The notes under the pieces are model-generated. The model was not told the origin of the DNA. It saw only the letters and a program-made list of their open reading frames with translations, and did not search any database. Shown here one piece after another: positions 52,184 to 62,671 of a stretch of 64,000 bases of DNA. Origin of the DNA: Andalucia godoyi And28 (lineage: Eukaryota; Protista; Jakobida); the NCBI GenBank assembly GCA_009859145.1, contig VRVR01000054.1:144497-208496 (forward strand), read 5' to 3'. The position numbers and the translations under genes were made by a program. The stretch's first letter is position 1, and every line of letters begins with the position of its first letter.

Positions 52184-53482
52184 TCAGTCCCAGTTGGAGA
52201 TTGGTGTCTTTTCAATAAGCTCCGGAGTGTAAGAACGCGACTTCTCGCAGTACGACCGAATGATGTCTTTTGATATGGTGTTCACTCCGGCGCTCAAAGG
52301 CGCTCGCAGGACTCGCACTCGTGCATCCGTAATCGATTCTGATGGCTTGGTTGATCGATACGCCAACTTCTCGAGATCCACTGTCTGCTGTGCCCAGACT
52401 GCGCGGATCGCCTTTTTCACGTGCCCAATTACATTTTCAATTGGATTCAGAAACGGCGACCATGGTGGCAGGCAGTGAATTTGAATTCCAGTGCCAGTCA
52501 ACGCGGGTCCCACAAATTTTCCACTGTGTGTTCTGTAGTTGTCGAACACCAACACTCGATCTGTTGATTCTCCGATGCGGACAAGATGTTCCGCCAGTTT
52601 CCGGATGCACGATGCAAACAATTGACCAGTCGTCCCTCGCGATTCCTCCACCGGTCTGCTACGGATGTTTCGATCTGTCGTGTCTTCTTGTGAGGGACTA
52701 TCGTTCTCTTTTTCAAGCTGACCCTGGTCAGTACTTGCAGACTCCTTGTGAAACTTCTTCAACTCTGTCATGGAGAAAGACTCGAACAAAATGGCTCCCA
52801 AATCCGCCGATACCGCTCCTATGACATTGATCTTCGCATTTCTTCGACCAGGAAATTTTTGCGCGTGCTCGTTCTCCAACAGTGCTTCGCACAACTTTGC
52901 GATGCATGGAGTAGTCGATGTAAAACTCATCGATGTACACGATGCGAGTTTGTTTCGTCATGGATAGTTTGGAATACCAAATGTCATATTCATATCGCTC
53001 CTGAGTAAGCTCTTCGCTGATTTTTCGTACTGCTGCGGGCAAATGACTGAAGCCATCTTCAGCAGGATTCCGTTTTTGTGGAGAAATGACGAGATTGTAG
53101 ACATCTTTGGGATGCGGCCGGCGGGGGATGCTGAAGCGTATTTACTCCCTAAATGTGCTTCGTATTGTTCCAGAGTTGCAGCATTATGCTTTTCGAAGTA
53201 GTCCAAGATGGCCTCTGCCATGTCTTCGTCAATGACGTGGTTGCTCACACCACCTCGTCTCAAGGGTGCTTTCTGTCCGGTCTGCTGAAATCTGTGAATC
53301 CAGTCGCAGGCTGTCGAATCGGGCACATCTAGCGTTTCCGCCACACCAGACATGCCGCATCCGTCTTCCCATAGCTGCAACACTCTGTCGCGCTTTTCTT
53401 CATCGAACGGAAGGTTTGAACTTGCGTCAACATCTGGTTGTCGTAGATTGTGGATGTTTACACGGAGTTCACGTAATTTCAT
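52184..53482 (-). mobile_element. IS630-Tc1-mariner superfamily transposase (DD34E), frameshifted
   Basis: HTH region (EEKRDRVLQLWEDG.GMSGVAETLDVPDSTACDWIHRFQQTG). The first Asp (IVYIDE) is in a shifted frame. Then VLVFDNYRTH...LPPWSPFLNPIENV with exactly 34 residues between D and E. No TIRs recognised. Confidence 0.88.
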
Positions 53483-53640
53483 CTTTGCACCAATACATAG
53501 CAATGGTGCTGTCTTCTTGGAATGTAAATTTGGATCTTCACTGTTGAGGAACTTGGAATGTAGTTTACCGTTTCTTGCAAAGCTATCCGCTTGGCTTTGC
53601 TGCTGTCGGTCTGCCATTTTCTTGTTTTTTGTTTCTGTTC

Positions 53641-54078
53641 ATGCCGGCGATTTCTGCGATTCTTCTAGTCGTCTACGCCTTTGTGCTTCCAGGTGGCTTG
53701 TCTTTCCTTGTCTGGTGCAGCGGCGTATTGTCCGAGAATGCGAAATCTGATACACGCAGGATGTACATTTTCTCGTTGTTGTTCGGATCGTACCGACCCA
53801 ACAGACGGTGGTGGGAATTGGTTGTAACGTTTCGACGAATCCTTTTCGTTGCTGCATACGTAACCGTTCCGCCGCTTTCCGAATATCGAACAATGCTAGT
53901 TGCGAGTGTGTTAGTAAGTGCAGCAAGTGTTCAGGCAATCGCGGTGGCGAAAGAAGGAGAAGCTGGCTGGCCAGGAATCACTTTCCAAAAGGTTTCTCGA
54001 GCAGAACGGAGTGCTTTAGTCATGTTGCTACATTTCCATGCAGCAGTGCGACTGCAGGGAAGCATTTATCAACCATAA
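53641..54078 (+). pseudogene. Fragment of a multipass membrane protein C-terminal domain
   Basis: LVVYAFVLPG...FSLLFGSYRPNRRWWELVVTFRRILFV resembles the TRP-like/FLC-type C-terminal membrane domain common in large protist surface proteins. Both ends are missing. Confidence 0.5.
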
Positions 54079-54414
54079 GTTCCTCTATGAAGAAGCACTC
54101 AGAGCTTACGCAATGGTTTTGCTCTGTCGCAAAGAATTCCCAGGCCTTAACCTGCCGCGAAAGCTCTGAAGTTCTTTGGAGGGATTTTGATATTCATATA
54201 TTTATGGCAGAAATTATCCTTTAAGCATAAAATGAACAGAAAATAAGAAGCACAAACGAAATTTCAGGTTTGGAAACAGTAGCTGAAAATGGCATCCGTC
54301 TAGGATCGTTCGATTGCCCGGAGAAAACGGAAGATGTCCACAGTGAGCGCAGAGCTGGAAGAGACAGACAACCGAACCCCGAAATCCAAATCTACTACCA
54401 CCACCGATCCTAGT

Positions 54415-56028
54415 TTAGAAAGGGTCATTCTTATACAGAAGACAGTGTCTAGATTCATCGGACCGCTTCATTTGGTCGTCATAGTCCGAAAGAATATTCG
54501 AAACTGATTGAGGAACATTTCGTAAGTCAGCCTCCACCAAGCAACCAAGCTCGAGGACATTGTTGGCTACGTCGCTCAAAGTACCGACATCGAGCGCCGT
54601 CGAACCAATCCTGCGAACATCCTTTGTCGCCGCACAGGCTTCTCCTCGCTGCAGAAACGAGTCTTCCAGAATGTGCACAGGATACAAACCTTCTACAAAA
54701 GCAGTTGGACTCAAATACCATTCATAGGGACACCACGTTTTGCGGAAATTTTCAAGAAGCGGAGCTTTAAAGTACTCCGCTACCTCCTTGCAGGGAAACA
54801 TGGGCAGTATCAGATCTCGCTTCAACGAGAGCGCCAAAGTAGTGGCCTTCTTTGCAGCAGCGTATCGTTCTGCGAGATTATTCCCGCATTTGTAGTCGTA
54901 CGTTAGAACACGTCTTTGGAAATGCTTCATGCCTTCCTTCGTTTTGTCAATGTCGAACAAATCCAAGGAACGCAAGCCGTGAGTCTTCGGCGCGAGGTAA
55001 TAGTTCGTCATGTGAATCGCGATGGCATCCGACGCAAATCCCGCGGCATACCCGGCATAGATGGGATACTTCAGCGTATCCAAAGTTCGAATCCGGACAC
55101 ACCAATCAGGGTGCAGCTTCGCTCCGCTGTACTCGATCACATCTGTTGAGGAATCTGCGTACCCGTACGAACACATCCACTCTGGATGATCAGTCAACAA
55201 GCGGATACCGTACAGTTGGTCATTGCACACACGCTCATGCAGGAGTAGCACCAATGCATACTCTCTCCAGTAAATCATGGTGCGCTTGGTGGGGAACAAC
55301 ACAAAGAACCCCCAGTTTGCAGAAACACCAGACGCCAACTTTCGCAGCACACTGACAGTCCTCGGCAGAGGCCCGTAGTAAGGATAGTCGTACGTGGAGA
55401 AGGCAATGTCTGTATTACCCATGATGTGGGACAGATCCATGGGACCCCGAAACACAACGTCAATGTTGGCATAGATCACAATGTATCCCATTTTCAACAG
55501 CATGTAGTTGATAATCGTCTCGATCACGCCGCTGAAGTTGCCGCCGTTTGGCTCAAGATCAAGACCATCTTCATACTCGTCTCCGCACTTTCCCAGATCA
55601 AGCTTGTCCATGATGAGCGAACCAACGATTGTATGACCAGGAAACTCGCGTTCGACTTCGTCAAACAACGCTTGATGTCGGACGGCGAGCAGCCAGTTCT
55701 TGTAACCAGCCTTTTCGATATGGTGGATCCAATTGAAAACGCTATCCCCACCAAATGTCGCAACACCAAATACGACCTCTCTTCGATTATCAACCGTGTT
55801 GCTCGACACAATGTGGCGAACCAGGTCGAACTCATACGAGAGACGCCGGATCAAATGGGCGAATCGTTGCGCAGAAACCAGCGGATCCCAGGTAGCGGTC
55901 GAACCCCAAACACTCTTTAAAACGCCACCTTCATCAAAGTTCAGGTGATGGACGAAAGACCCAAGAAGCGTTACGGCAAGGACTACGGAGACAAAGATAA
56001 GGGAGATCGGAAATCTACAATGTAACAT
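54415..56028 (-). CDS. Type II membrane nucleotide-diphospho-sugar transferase (GT77/Nucleotid_trans-like)
   Basis: N-terminal TM anchor; IYANIDVVF at the DxD position; NWGFFVLFPT..T, CNDQ and HMT; C-terminal LALSLKRDLILP extension. Intact 537 aa. Confidence 0.72.
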   Translation of the reverse strand: MLHCRFPISLIFVSVVLAVTLLGSFVHHLNFDEGGVLKSVWGSTATWDPLVSAQRFAHLIRRLSYEFDLVRHIVSSNTVDNRREVVFGVATFGGDSVFNWIHHIEKAGYKNWLLAVRHQALFDEVEREFPGHTIVGSLIMDKLDLGKCGDEYEDGLDLEPNGGNFSGVIETIINYMLLKMGYIVIYANIDVVFRGPMDLSHIMGNTDIAFSTYDYPYYGPLPRTVSVLRKLASGVSANWGFFVLFPTKRTMIYWREYALVLLLHERVCNDQLYGIRLLTDHPEWMCSYGYADSSTDVIEYSGAKLHPDWCVRIRTLDTLKYPIYAGYAAGFASDAIAIHMTNYYLAPKTHGLRSLDLFDIDKTKEGMKHFQRRVLTYDYKCGNNLAERYAAAKKATTLALSLKRDLILPMFPCKEVAEYFKAPLLENFRKTWCPYEWYLSPTAFVEGLYPVHILEDSFLQRGEACAATKDVRRIGSTALDVGTLSDVANNVLELGCLVEADLRNVPQSVSNILSDYDDQMKRSDESRHCLLYKNDPF

Positions 56029-57389
56029 CGCTGAGCAGAATGAGCAGAAGACTGCGGCGGTCGCAGGATGAACCGTTTTATCAAGCCGCTGGAATCTTCA
56101 TCCTTGTTTTTTTGCGCCGTTTTGGAAGTGCAGCTGCGGAAAGCGGAGGGGATAAAAATTTCAAGGCAAACTCGCAGCTCAGTGTTTTTAACGTGCGCTC
56201 GCACAAACATGTCAGAACCCGTAAACGATGCAGTTCCCACCACGTTGAAGACTTTTAGTTTTGACAGAGCTTCATGTTGTTGCTGAGGAATGCTCCTTAA
56301 TGCAGTCGCAGCTCCGTATCAACGCAGTGTCGAGAATTCGTTCGCAATCGTCTCGCTCGTTATCCTTCTTATCAGTCTTGTGCGTCATGTGCAATCGCAA
56401 GTGTAGGGTGTTCAAGATTTTGGTGGAACGAGTCCGATCGTCTTTCTGCTGAACATTGGGTTTCCAGTTGTTGTCATCGGGATGTAGAAGTGGCATTTTC
56501 GACGACAATGCAAAGGACGAAGAATTTGATTGAGCTGCATTCTCGCCTTCGTGTCCGCTTGTAGTAGTCGAGTACAACTTTTCCATTGCACGGACAAGGG
56601 AGATGTTAACAGTAGGTCCAAACCGAGTATCCAGTAACGGCTCATTCCACAGAAACCGATACTTGATTTGCACTGGCTTGGATTGCAACAACCCGCCCCG
56701 CGATTGAGTGAGCATTCTCATTCTGGTACTCTTTGGATATTTTCGGATTGGAGACACTGGAAAACATAGATTCAACCACGCTTTTTCAGAGAACATCGAT
56801 GATATCCCTATTTGTCCAGGATTGAAGGATCGATGTTGGACTAGAATCCGTTCCAAATTCCGAATGACATGCCGGGACACGACACTCGACAAAAATGGAC
56901 AAAGCACTGACGGGTCACGCGGACGTTGCATTCTGTCCAAGAAACGGGCCGATGGCTTCGGAAGGCTGAGATGAAAGGGGTCTTCATTCTCGATAATGCG
57001 AACAGAGAAGGATGCAAACGAGCAAACAGACAAGAAAATTGCTGGTCGACGGAAATGAACACACCATATCTGCGTTGCATTGCGGGAGAAAGCCAAATCA
57101 AAGAAGGATCCGGGATTTTTGTGTTTGCGTCGAGAGTTGTTTTTTATGACCGAAAAACCATTACCATAACATGCAAAGGCAGAATAAGCAAAGCAAAGAA
57201 GGAGAACTCCTGGGTTGAAGGATCATGGTCTTCTGCCATTCATCAAAAACTTGTATCACTTCATGGGCGGCTTTCTCTTTGACAGCCAGTCCTCCAGAGA
57301 ATTGGTTTGCCTTTTCCTTTTCAAAGGATCCATCAGATGCTGATTCATTGCGAGACGAGCCATAACATTTTGATTGAATTCGTTGACTC

Positions 57390-58278
57390 ATGGACAAGAA
57401 TCGTAGGCGCTGGTATGACGATCTTGTAGGAAACATTAGTGTACCATCTGGAAATTGGTTGTCACTCGTCATGCGCGTGAGCGGGCGAAAGAGAGGGGGA
57501 TTCCAGTGGAGGAAGTTTCTAAGAAGAAGAGTCGCATCAATGCTTTTGCCAAGCGAGTGGTCGTTAATCCTGGTTGGGGCTGGGACATTGTTTGTCACGG
57601 TTTATGGAAATTCCGACACTGCTCGACACGATTTTGTTGCGGAAGCTGGACGCATGCTGTGGTCCGCAAGCTGTCGAAAATTTACGATTGCTCCGAAAGC
57701 AATTGGCTTTCTAATTGGCAAGAATGGATCGCGAATGAAAGAACTTCGACGGAAGTATCAGCAGGAAAACACTGGATTCGTCTTTGTAGCACCCTTTCAT
57801 TACATTGATCCTCGTGACAGCGATTTCGATTGGGATGTCCTTGGTTGTGAGCAATCACGACAACATTTCCCTGCAAGCTTCCATTGAACAACCAGAGATC
57901 GTGCTGGATCGATGGTCAAAGCACCACAGGTTGTTTCACATTTCCAAACAGTCAATTTCCAGCTTCATTGGGAAGAACGGATCGCAAATCGAAAAGATGA
58001 AACAGTATGTCGTCAAACATGGAGTGAAATTCTATCTTGAGCAGCTCGTGTTGTGTGTTGATCCTCGACGCCGAGTTTTTTTGATTGGAATATCTTCCTT
58101 GTGTATCTTCACAAACAAAACATCAAGTTTCGGAACGTTTCGGGCCACAATTATTAGGATGATGATACGTCGACATGCGACATTGATTATGGAAATTCGG
58201 AAAATGAACACAGCAATCAGTAATGTTATTCCAGAGAAGAGTGCAACTGTTGGATATTGTATGATGAAGAGGGCTTAG
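57390..58278 (+). pseudogene. Frameshifted DUF4258-like + two KH domain gene
   Basis: VVTRHARERAKERGIPVEEV in frame 57455, ending TLFVTVY in frame 57390. KH motifs IGFLIGKNGSRMKELR and SSFIGKNGSQIEKMK lie in two different frames. Confidence 0.6.
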
Positions 58279-58687
58279 AACAAGAAAGCTGGGCCTCTCT
58301 TTGCTTTTGTTCTTAATTTGTAAAGCAGTCTCGCTTGTTTGCTGTTTTATCAGCATCATCTTTGGAGCGACAACAACGACCGTCGCGTTTCGAAGGCTAT
58401 TGATTCCATTCCGAGTCTGAAGTCCATGCCTGGAATGACCACAACGCTGTTTCATCGAGAAGATTCTCGCTGTTTGCTGGAGTTGTGTACACCAACTTGC
58501 TGTGGATCCTCGTCAAGGATTCGGGACACTGTTCACCGTGGAATTCGTTGAGTTCTTTGCCCCTGCTGAATGCACAAGATAAGCGCGACATTCCAACATA
58601 CGGACAGCTGATCAATCCGCTGCAGATGTCTCGCAAAACCATTATCCGAGACTTTTTGAAGTCCTTGGATGCGCCAAATGCAGAACT

Positions 58688-59170
58688 GTGGAAACAGCAA
58701 AAAAAAAAATTGCAGACTGTGCATCTCCAAGGGGGCGCCTCTCGAAAGAAAGACGTGGCTGCAGTGGATGCGCAGTGGCGAACCGCATTGTTTGTGCGTT
58801 TCTAGATGTTGAACACTTGGATCCCAAATGTATAATCCTAGTATTTGCACCATCGATTGAGGTCGCCAACCACTGGTGGACGATTGGTTGCCTCGAACCG
58901 GATTTCCTGCAGGGTTGACATTACCAAGTCAAGGGTGAAATCGACGTATTCTGCCAATTTGTGCCCGGACGAACCCAAGTTCTTGTTTCTGTCCAGATCA
59001 TCAACGAAGGCTCCACTGTTCCGGGAGGCAACTGTATTAGTTTTCAAAGGCAGACGTGGAAAATACAGGCTGCTTTGCAAAAGTTTCGCACATTGCGAGC
59101 AGCTGAAATTTTGGTTCCTTGTTGCCGTCAAACACCGAACTGCCCGCTGACAACTACTAGCACATTCTAA
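58688..59170 (+). pseudogene. Superfamily 2 helicase C-terminal domain relic (ResIII/Irc3/A18-like)
   Basis: One frame with an in-frame TGA at 58916-58918. Motif IV ILVFAPSIEVA, motif V QVLVSVQIINEGSTVP, decayed motif VI LQKFRTLR. Confidence 0.55.
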
Positions 59171-59347
59171 AAAGTTTGTGATTGCAATTTCGGGTATTTT
59201 TTTTCGAGATCTTTATTTCATCTGTCTTTGCAAATATACATTCCACCTCGCAGCATTTTCATTTTGAGTTGCCTCATGTCCACAATCTAATCCTGTATTA
59301 ATCTTTCCCATATAAACGAATCGCCCCAGAAAGTTGCAGATCTGAAA

Positions 59348-59818
59348 ATGCGACACCTCTCCTTTGGTGCTTTTGTTGTTATTGGTCTGATTCTCATGCT
59401 GTTGCCCTCGACGGCGCGTGGGTTTCCTCTCGACGACTCGACTTCTTCAAGTACGATGTCCAAGGCCACACAGTTTGTTGGTGGAACCATCAGCAATGCG
59501 CTGGAACAGTTTACAGAAGCACCGTCTTATGTTAAAATTGGAGCAAGTGTCGTCGCTGGCGCCGTCATAGGAGTTGTGGCCGTTCCGGCAGCCATCTCAG
59601 CTGTCGGCTTCACATCATCTGGAGTGGCCGCTGGTTCCATAGCAGCAAGCATCCAATCTACTGTTTATGCAGGTTCTGCATGTGGTTGGTTTGCCACTGC
59701 GCAGAGCATAGGTGCGGCGGGTATGGGTTTGACTGGGACTGTTGTGAGTGCTGTGTCCGGTGCAGCCGTAACTGGAACTGCTGCTTATGCTACAGCGAAT
59801 GACGAGAGGACCAACTGA
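59348..59818 (+). CDS. IFI6/IFI27 (ISG12)-like small membrane protein
   Basis: Signal-like N-terminus and AAISAVGFTSSGVAAGSIAASIQS...GWFATAQSIGAAG, the Ifi-6-16 family signature. Intact 156 aa. Confidence 0.88.
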   Translation: MRHLSFGAFVVIGLILMLLPSTARGFPLDDSTSSSTMSKATQFVGGTISNALEQFTEAPSYVKIGASVVAGAVIGVVAVPAAISAVGFTSSGVAAGSIAASIQSTVYAGSACGWFATAQSIGAAGMGLTGTVVSAVSGAAVTGTAAYATANDERTN

Positions 59819-60575
59819 TACTGCCTTCGAGAAGCAATGATGAAGGAGCTTGCCTTGCTCAAGAAGGATTTCAACTGCGATCTTTACGACAATTACAACT
59901 TTTGTGAGCATTGGCTGCCGCTCTTAGTCTGTTTCTTCATTAAATGAGAACAATCACGACGATTGCATTTTTTATGGTGCCTTCATGTTGTTTTTTATGC
60001 TTGCAGGCAATAAGGCGATCTGTCGTCACACGCGGTCTGCGAAAAATCATGATCAAAAACCCAATGATGAGACAAGAAAGTTTCAGCAAGCACAAGCCAA
60101 ACAGCAGTAATTGCACCTGGAGTTGGATCTAGACGACATTTCGTTTCTTGGTCACACATATCGCATAAGTATGGGTTTCTGTTGTTTGAGCTTGCAAAGT
60201 ATGCAACAACAAATCGCAGCTGTGCTGTCCTTGTACGAACGCAGAAGACATCTGCCAAAAATGCGTTTCTTGGTAAGGAAATCAACAACGCAAAGCTTCA
60301 ATAATTCCACGCAACGTTGAAAACTGAACGTCTGCAGCAAGTGGCTTCTGTCGATTTGCGAGCTGAAGTTGACAATCTCCTAGTGTTCGAACCCAGTTCT
60401 TCAGAATCACTGTCTGGGACACTACCTTGCGTGTTAAACTGGTTCCACCAGCAGTTTTTGTACGACGAAGAATTGTTCAATGCCTCGCTTCAAAGCCCTG
60501 AGGACTGGACTAATTTGATTGGTGAGACACATAAGCATATTAAACCTCAGATTATAGGGTATTTTCAGAAACTGG

Positions 60576-61390
60576 TTGAAGCTCAAAAAGGATTCTAAGC
60601 CTGACGCAGTTTCTAAACCCGAGGAATATGCCCTAGCTTTCCTCCAGGTTTCAGAAACAGTATTCTCGAAGATGAGGGATGTAGCAGTTGATTTTCACAA
60701 GTCTAGAGACTCTCCGAGGTGGAGCGAAATCTCGGACATTCCGAAGGCAATTGAACTTCTTCCTGAGATTCGCGCTTCATCTCCGTCATTTGTTAGAAAT
60801 CCATACTACAAGGACTGGTATACGCTTCAAAGTTGTCTCGAGACTGCCGTCCAGAAACCTCTCCCTGAAGTGGTAATTGTTGATTCCGGATTTGATGTAC
60901 GATTTCTGGAGTACTTTGACGCAAGCGTCGACGTTACCGGAAAGTCTTTCACAAGCCGTCCATGGTATACAGATTCTGCACAACATGGAAAGACCTGTGG
61001 TGATTCCGCCGTGAGTAGAGAGCTCGATTTCTTAGCTCCCGGTATGTTCCGAAACCAGGGTTGGATGGAAATGGTCATCTTAGGCGGTGTCCAGCTCCAA
61101 GTAGCGGCACTTCGTAAGCAGCTCCTTTTGTTTCAGGATTGTCCGCATTCTCCTTTGGGATTCAAGATGCTCTAAACCGGTTACGAGTGTGTGAAGACAT
61201 CGAGACTCTACATCTTGAAGATCAAGTGTTTTTTCAAAAGGTTCTGATTACTCGAATGGAACAAAGTCTTCGAAATATTTTCGGATCTTCTGCGCGATCT
61301 GTGCAGTTGCAAGAATCCGAGAGCGCATGTGCAGACGACTCCGAGTCGTGTGCATCTCCTTCGAAAATTCCCCGATTTAGTACCGAATGA
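60576..61390 (+). pseudogene. Subtilisin (S8) peptidase relic
   Basis: Asp motif VVIVDSGFD (60882), His motif DSAQHGKTCG (60984), ELDFLAPG. After a frameshift comes SGTS*AAPFVSG with TAA at 61115-61117. Confidence 0.8.
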
Positions 61391-61850
61391 TGGTAAAATG
61401 ACAAAGCAAAAGCAGTACGAACAAAGCAATCGGATGGCTGAATATTGAAAACTGCGACGTCTTCTCTGTTCGTTGACGATTTCATGCAGACAGATGGAAG
61501 TCTTCGACACACTTCTGATTTTCTGAAGGCAGATGTGATGATTGTGAAAAGGAATAATGTGAATGTCGCTATCACGACAGATTCGTTTTACGTTGGAGCG
61601 CATCTCTCTTCTTATCCTTGAGGATATTACTGACAAGAAGAAAAACAAAGAATTCAAAGCACATAACGTGGAATCTCTGTCGCATGGACGGTGATCTTTA
61701 CGTTATTCTACAAAGAGACAAGGTGGCGACATTCTCAAAAGGGTACGCTGCCAATTCATTTGCCAATTCCTGAAGAAGCATCCCAGACAGATGAAATAGA
61801 GAGACAGCACGGGTCAAAACCGTCAAGAAGCCTTATTCAGAAAACCTTGC

Positions 61851-62671
61851 TCAAGTATCAAAATCGACGACAGAGGAGATGCAAACATCACCTCTTCGCC
61901 GTTGCGGTGACCAAATCAGATACCTTTTCCAAAGCGGATAGTTCGGAAACCGGTGCTCGAGCGGTTTCATAACCTTTTGGTTCTGGTCCACGACGAGTGT
62001 CCACAAGTAACCAGGATGTGTTTCACCCGTTTTGCGAGCGTACAGGGTCCGCATGAATCGGACTGAGCCACAACCATAAACATGCAAGTCCATGTGGCCC
62101 TGTAAATGTCGTGGAAGATGTTGTCGAACCATTTTGCCGAATTCTTGCATGCACGAATAGATGACACCACTCGTCCCTTGAGCAAGACCAGGAAAGCACA
62201 AGCCCTGGAAAACAAGATGCAATGACAGTTTCTCGAAGTGTGGAGTCCCTGACACCAGCGCAGGGGGAAGAGAGAGCAATGAAGCGTGTGAATGGCTACT
62301 GAACGGGCTGTTGCAACCAGAGGTCACCTGTAAAGCTGAATGAACCGCATTCGTAATGCTCTCCACGCGATTGAATGCTTCGACTTGGAAATCTTGGTCT
62401 CGAAGGTCTGAGTATCCGTCGATTTCTTCTTCATCCCAGTCGACGAAAAAGCGGCAGAGTCCAGTAAAATTCAGCCACAAAACTTCGCACATACTTCGAC
62501 ACGACTCATGTCTTTTTTTAGTAACGAAAATGCCGTTCGATCACTGGCAAGGAGAAATGTGGAAACCCTGCTGCCTTTGTCGGCGCCTGTCGATTTATCA
62601 AACCAGCTGTCCATTCGGAAAGGTCTGCATGACACACTCCCTGCATCTTGCGCATAACCATATTCTTTCAA
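61851..62671 (-). pseudogene. Archaeo-eukaryotic primase, PrimPol/NCLDV-herpes clade, disrupted
   Basis: Motif I CRFFVDWD, motif II KLSLHLVF, motif III MDLHVYG..VRFMRTLYARK in ORF 61851-62492. The N-terminal part is in another frame and the C-terminus is broken by stops. Confidence 0.78.

Noticed and set aside
51900-53700. Terminal inverted repeats for the Tc1/IS630 element
   Set aside because: No matching inverted ends were found by eye; boundaries remain undefined.
56272-57096. 274-aa minus-strand ORF
   Set aside because: Non-ATG start and no recognisable motif; counted only as part of the decayed island.
61115-61117. In-frame TAA in the subtilisin motif (and TGA in the helicase relic) as evidence of stop-codon reassignment
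   Set aside because: Intact genes here end in TAA (Ras), TAG (RFC4) and TGA (ACOX), so the standard code applies.
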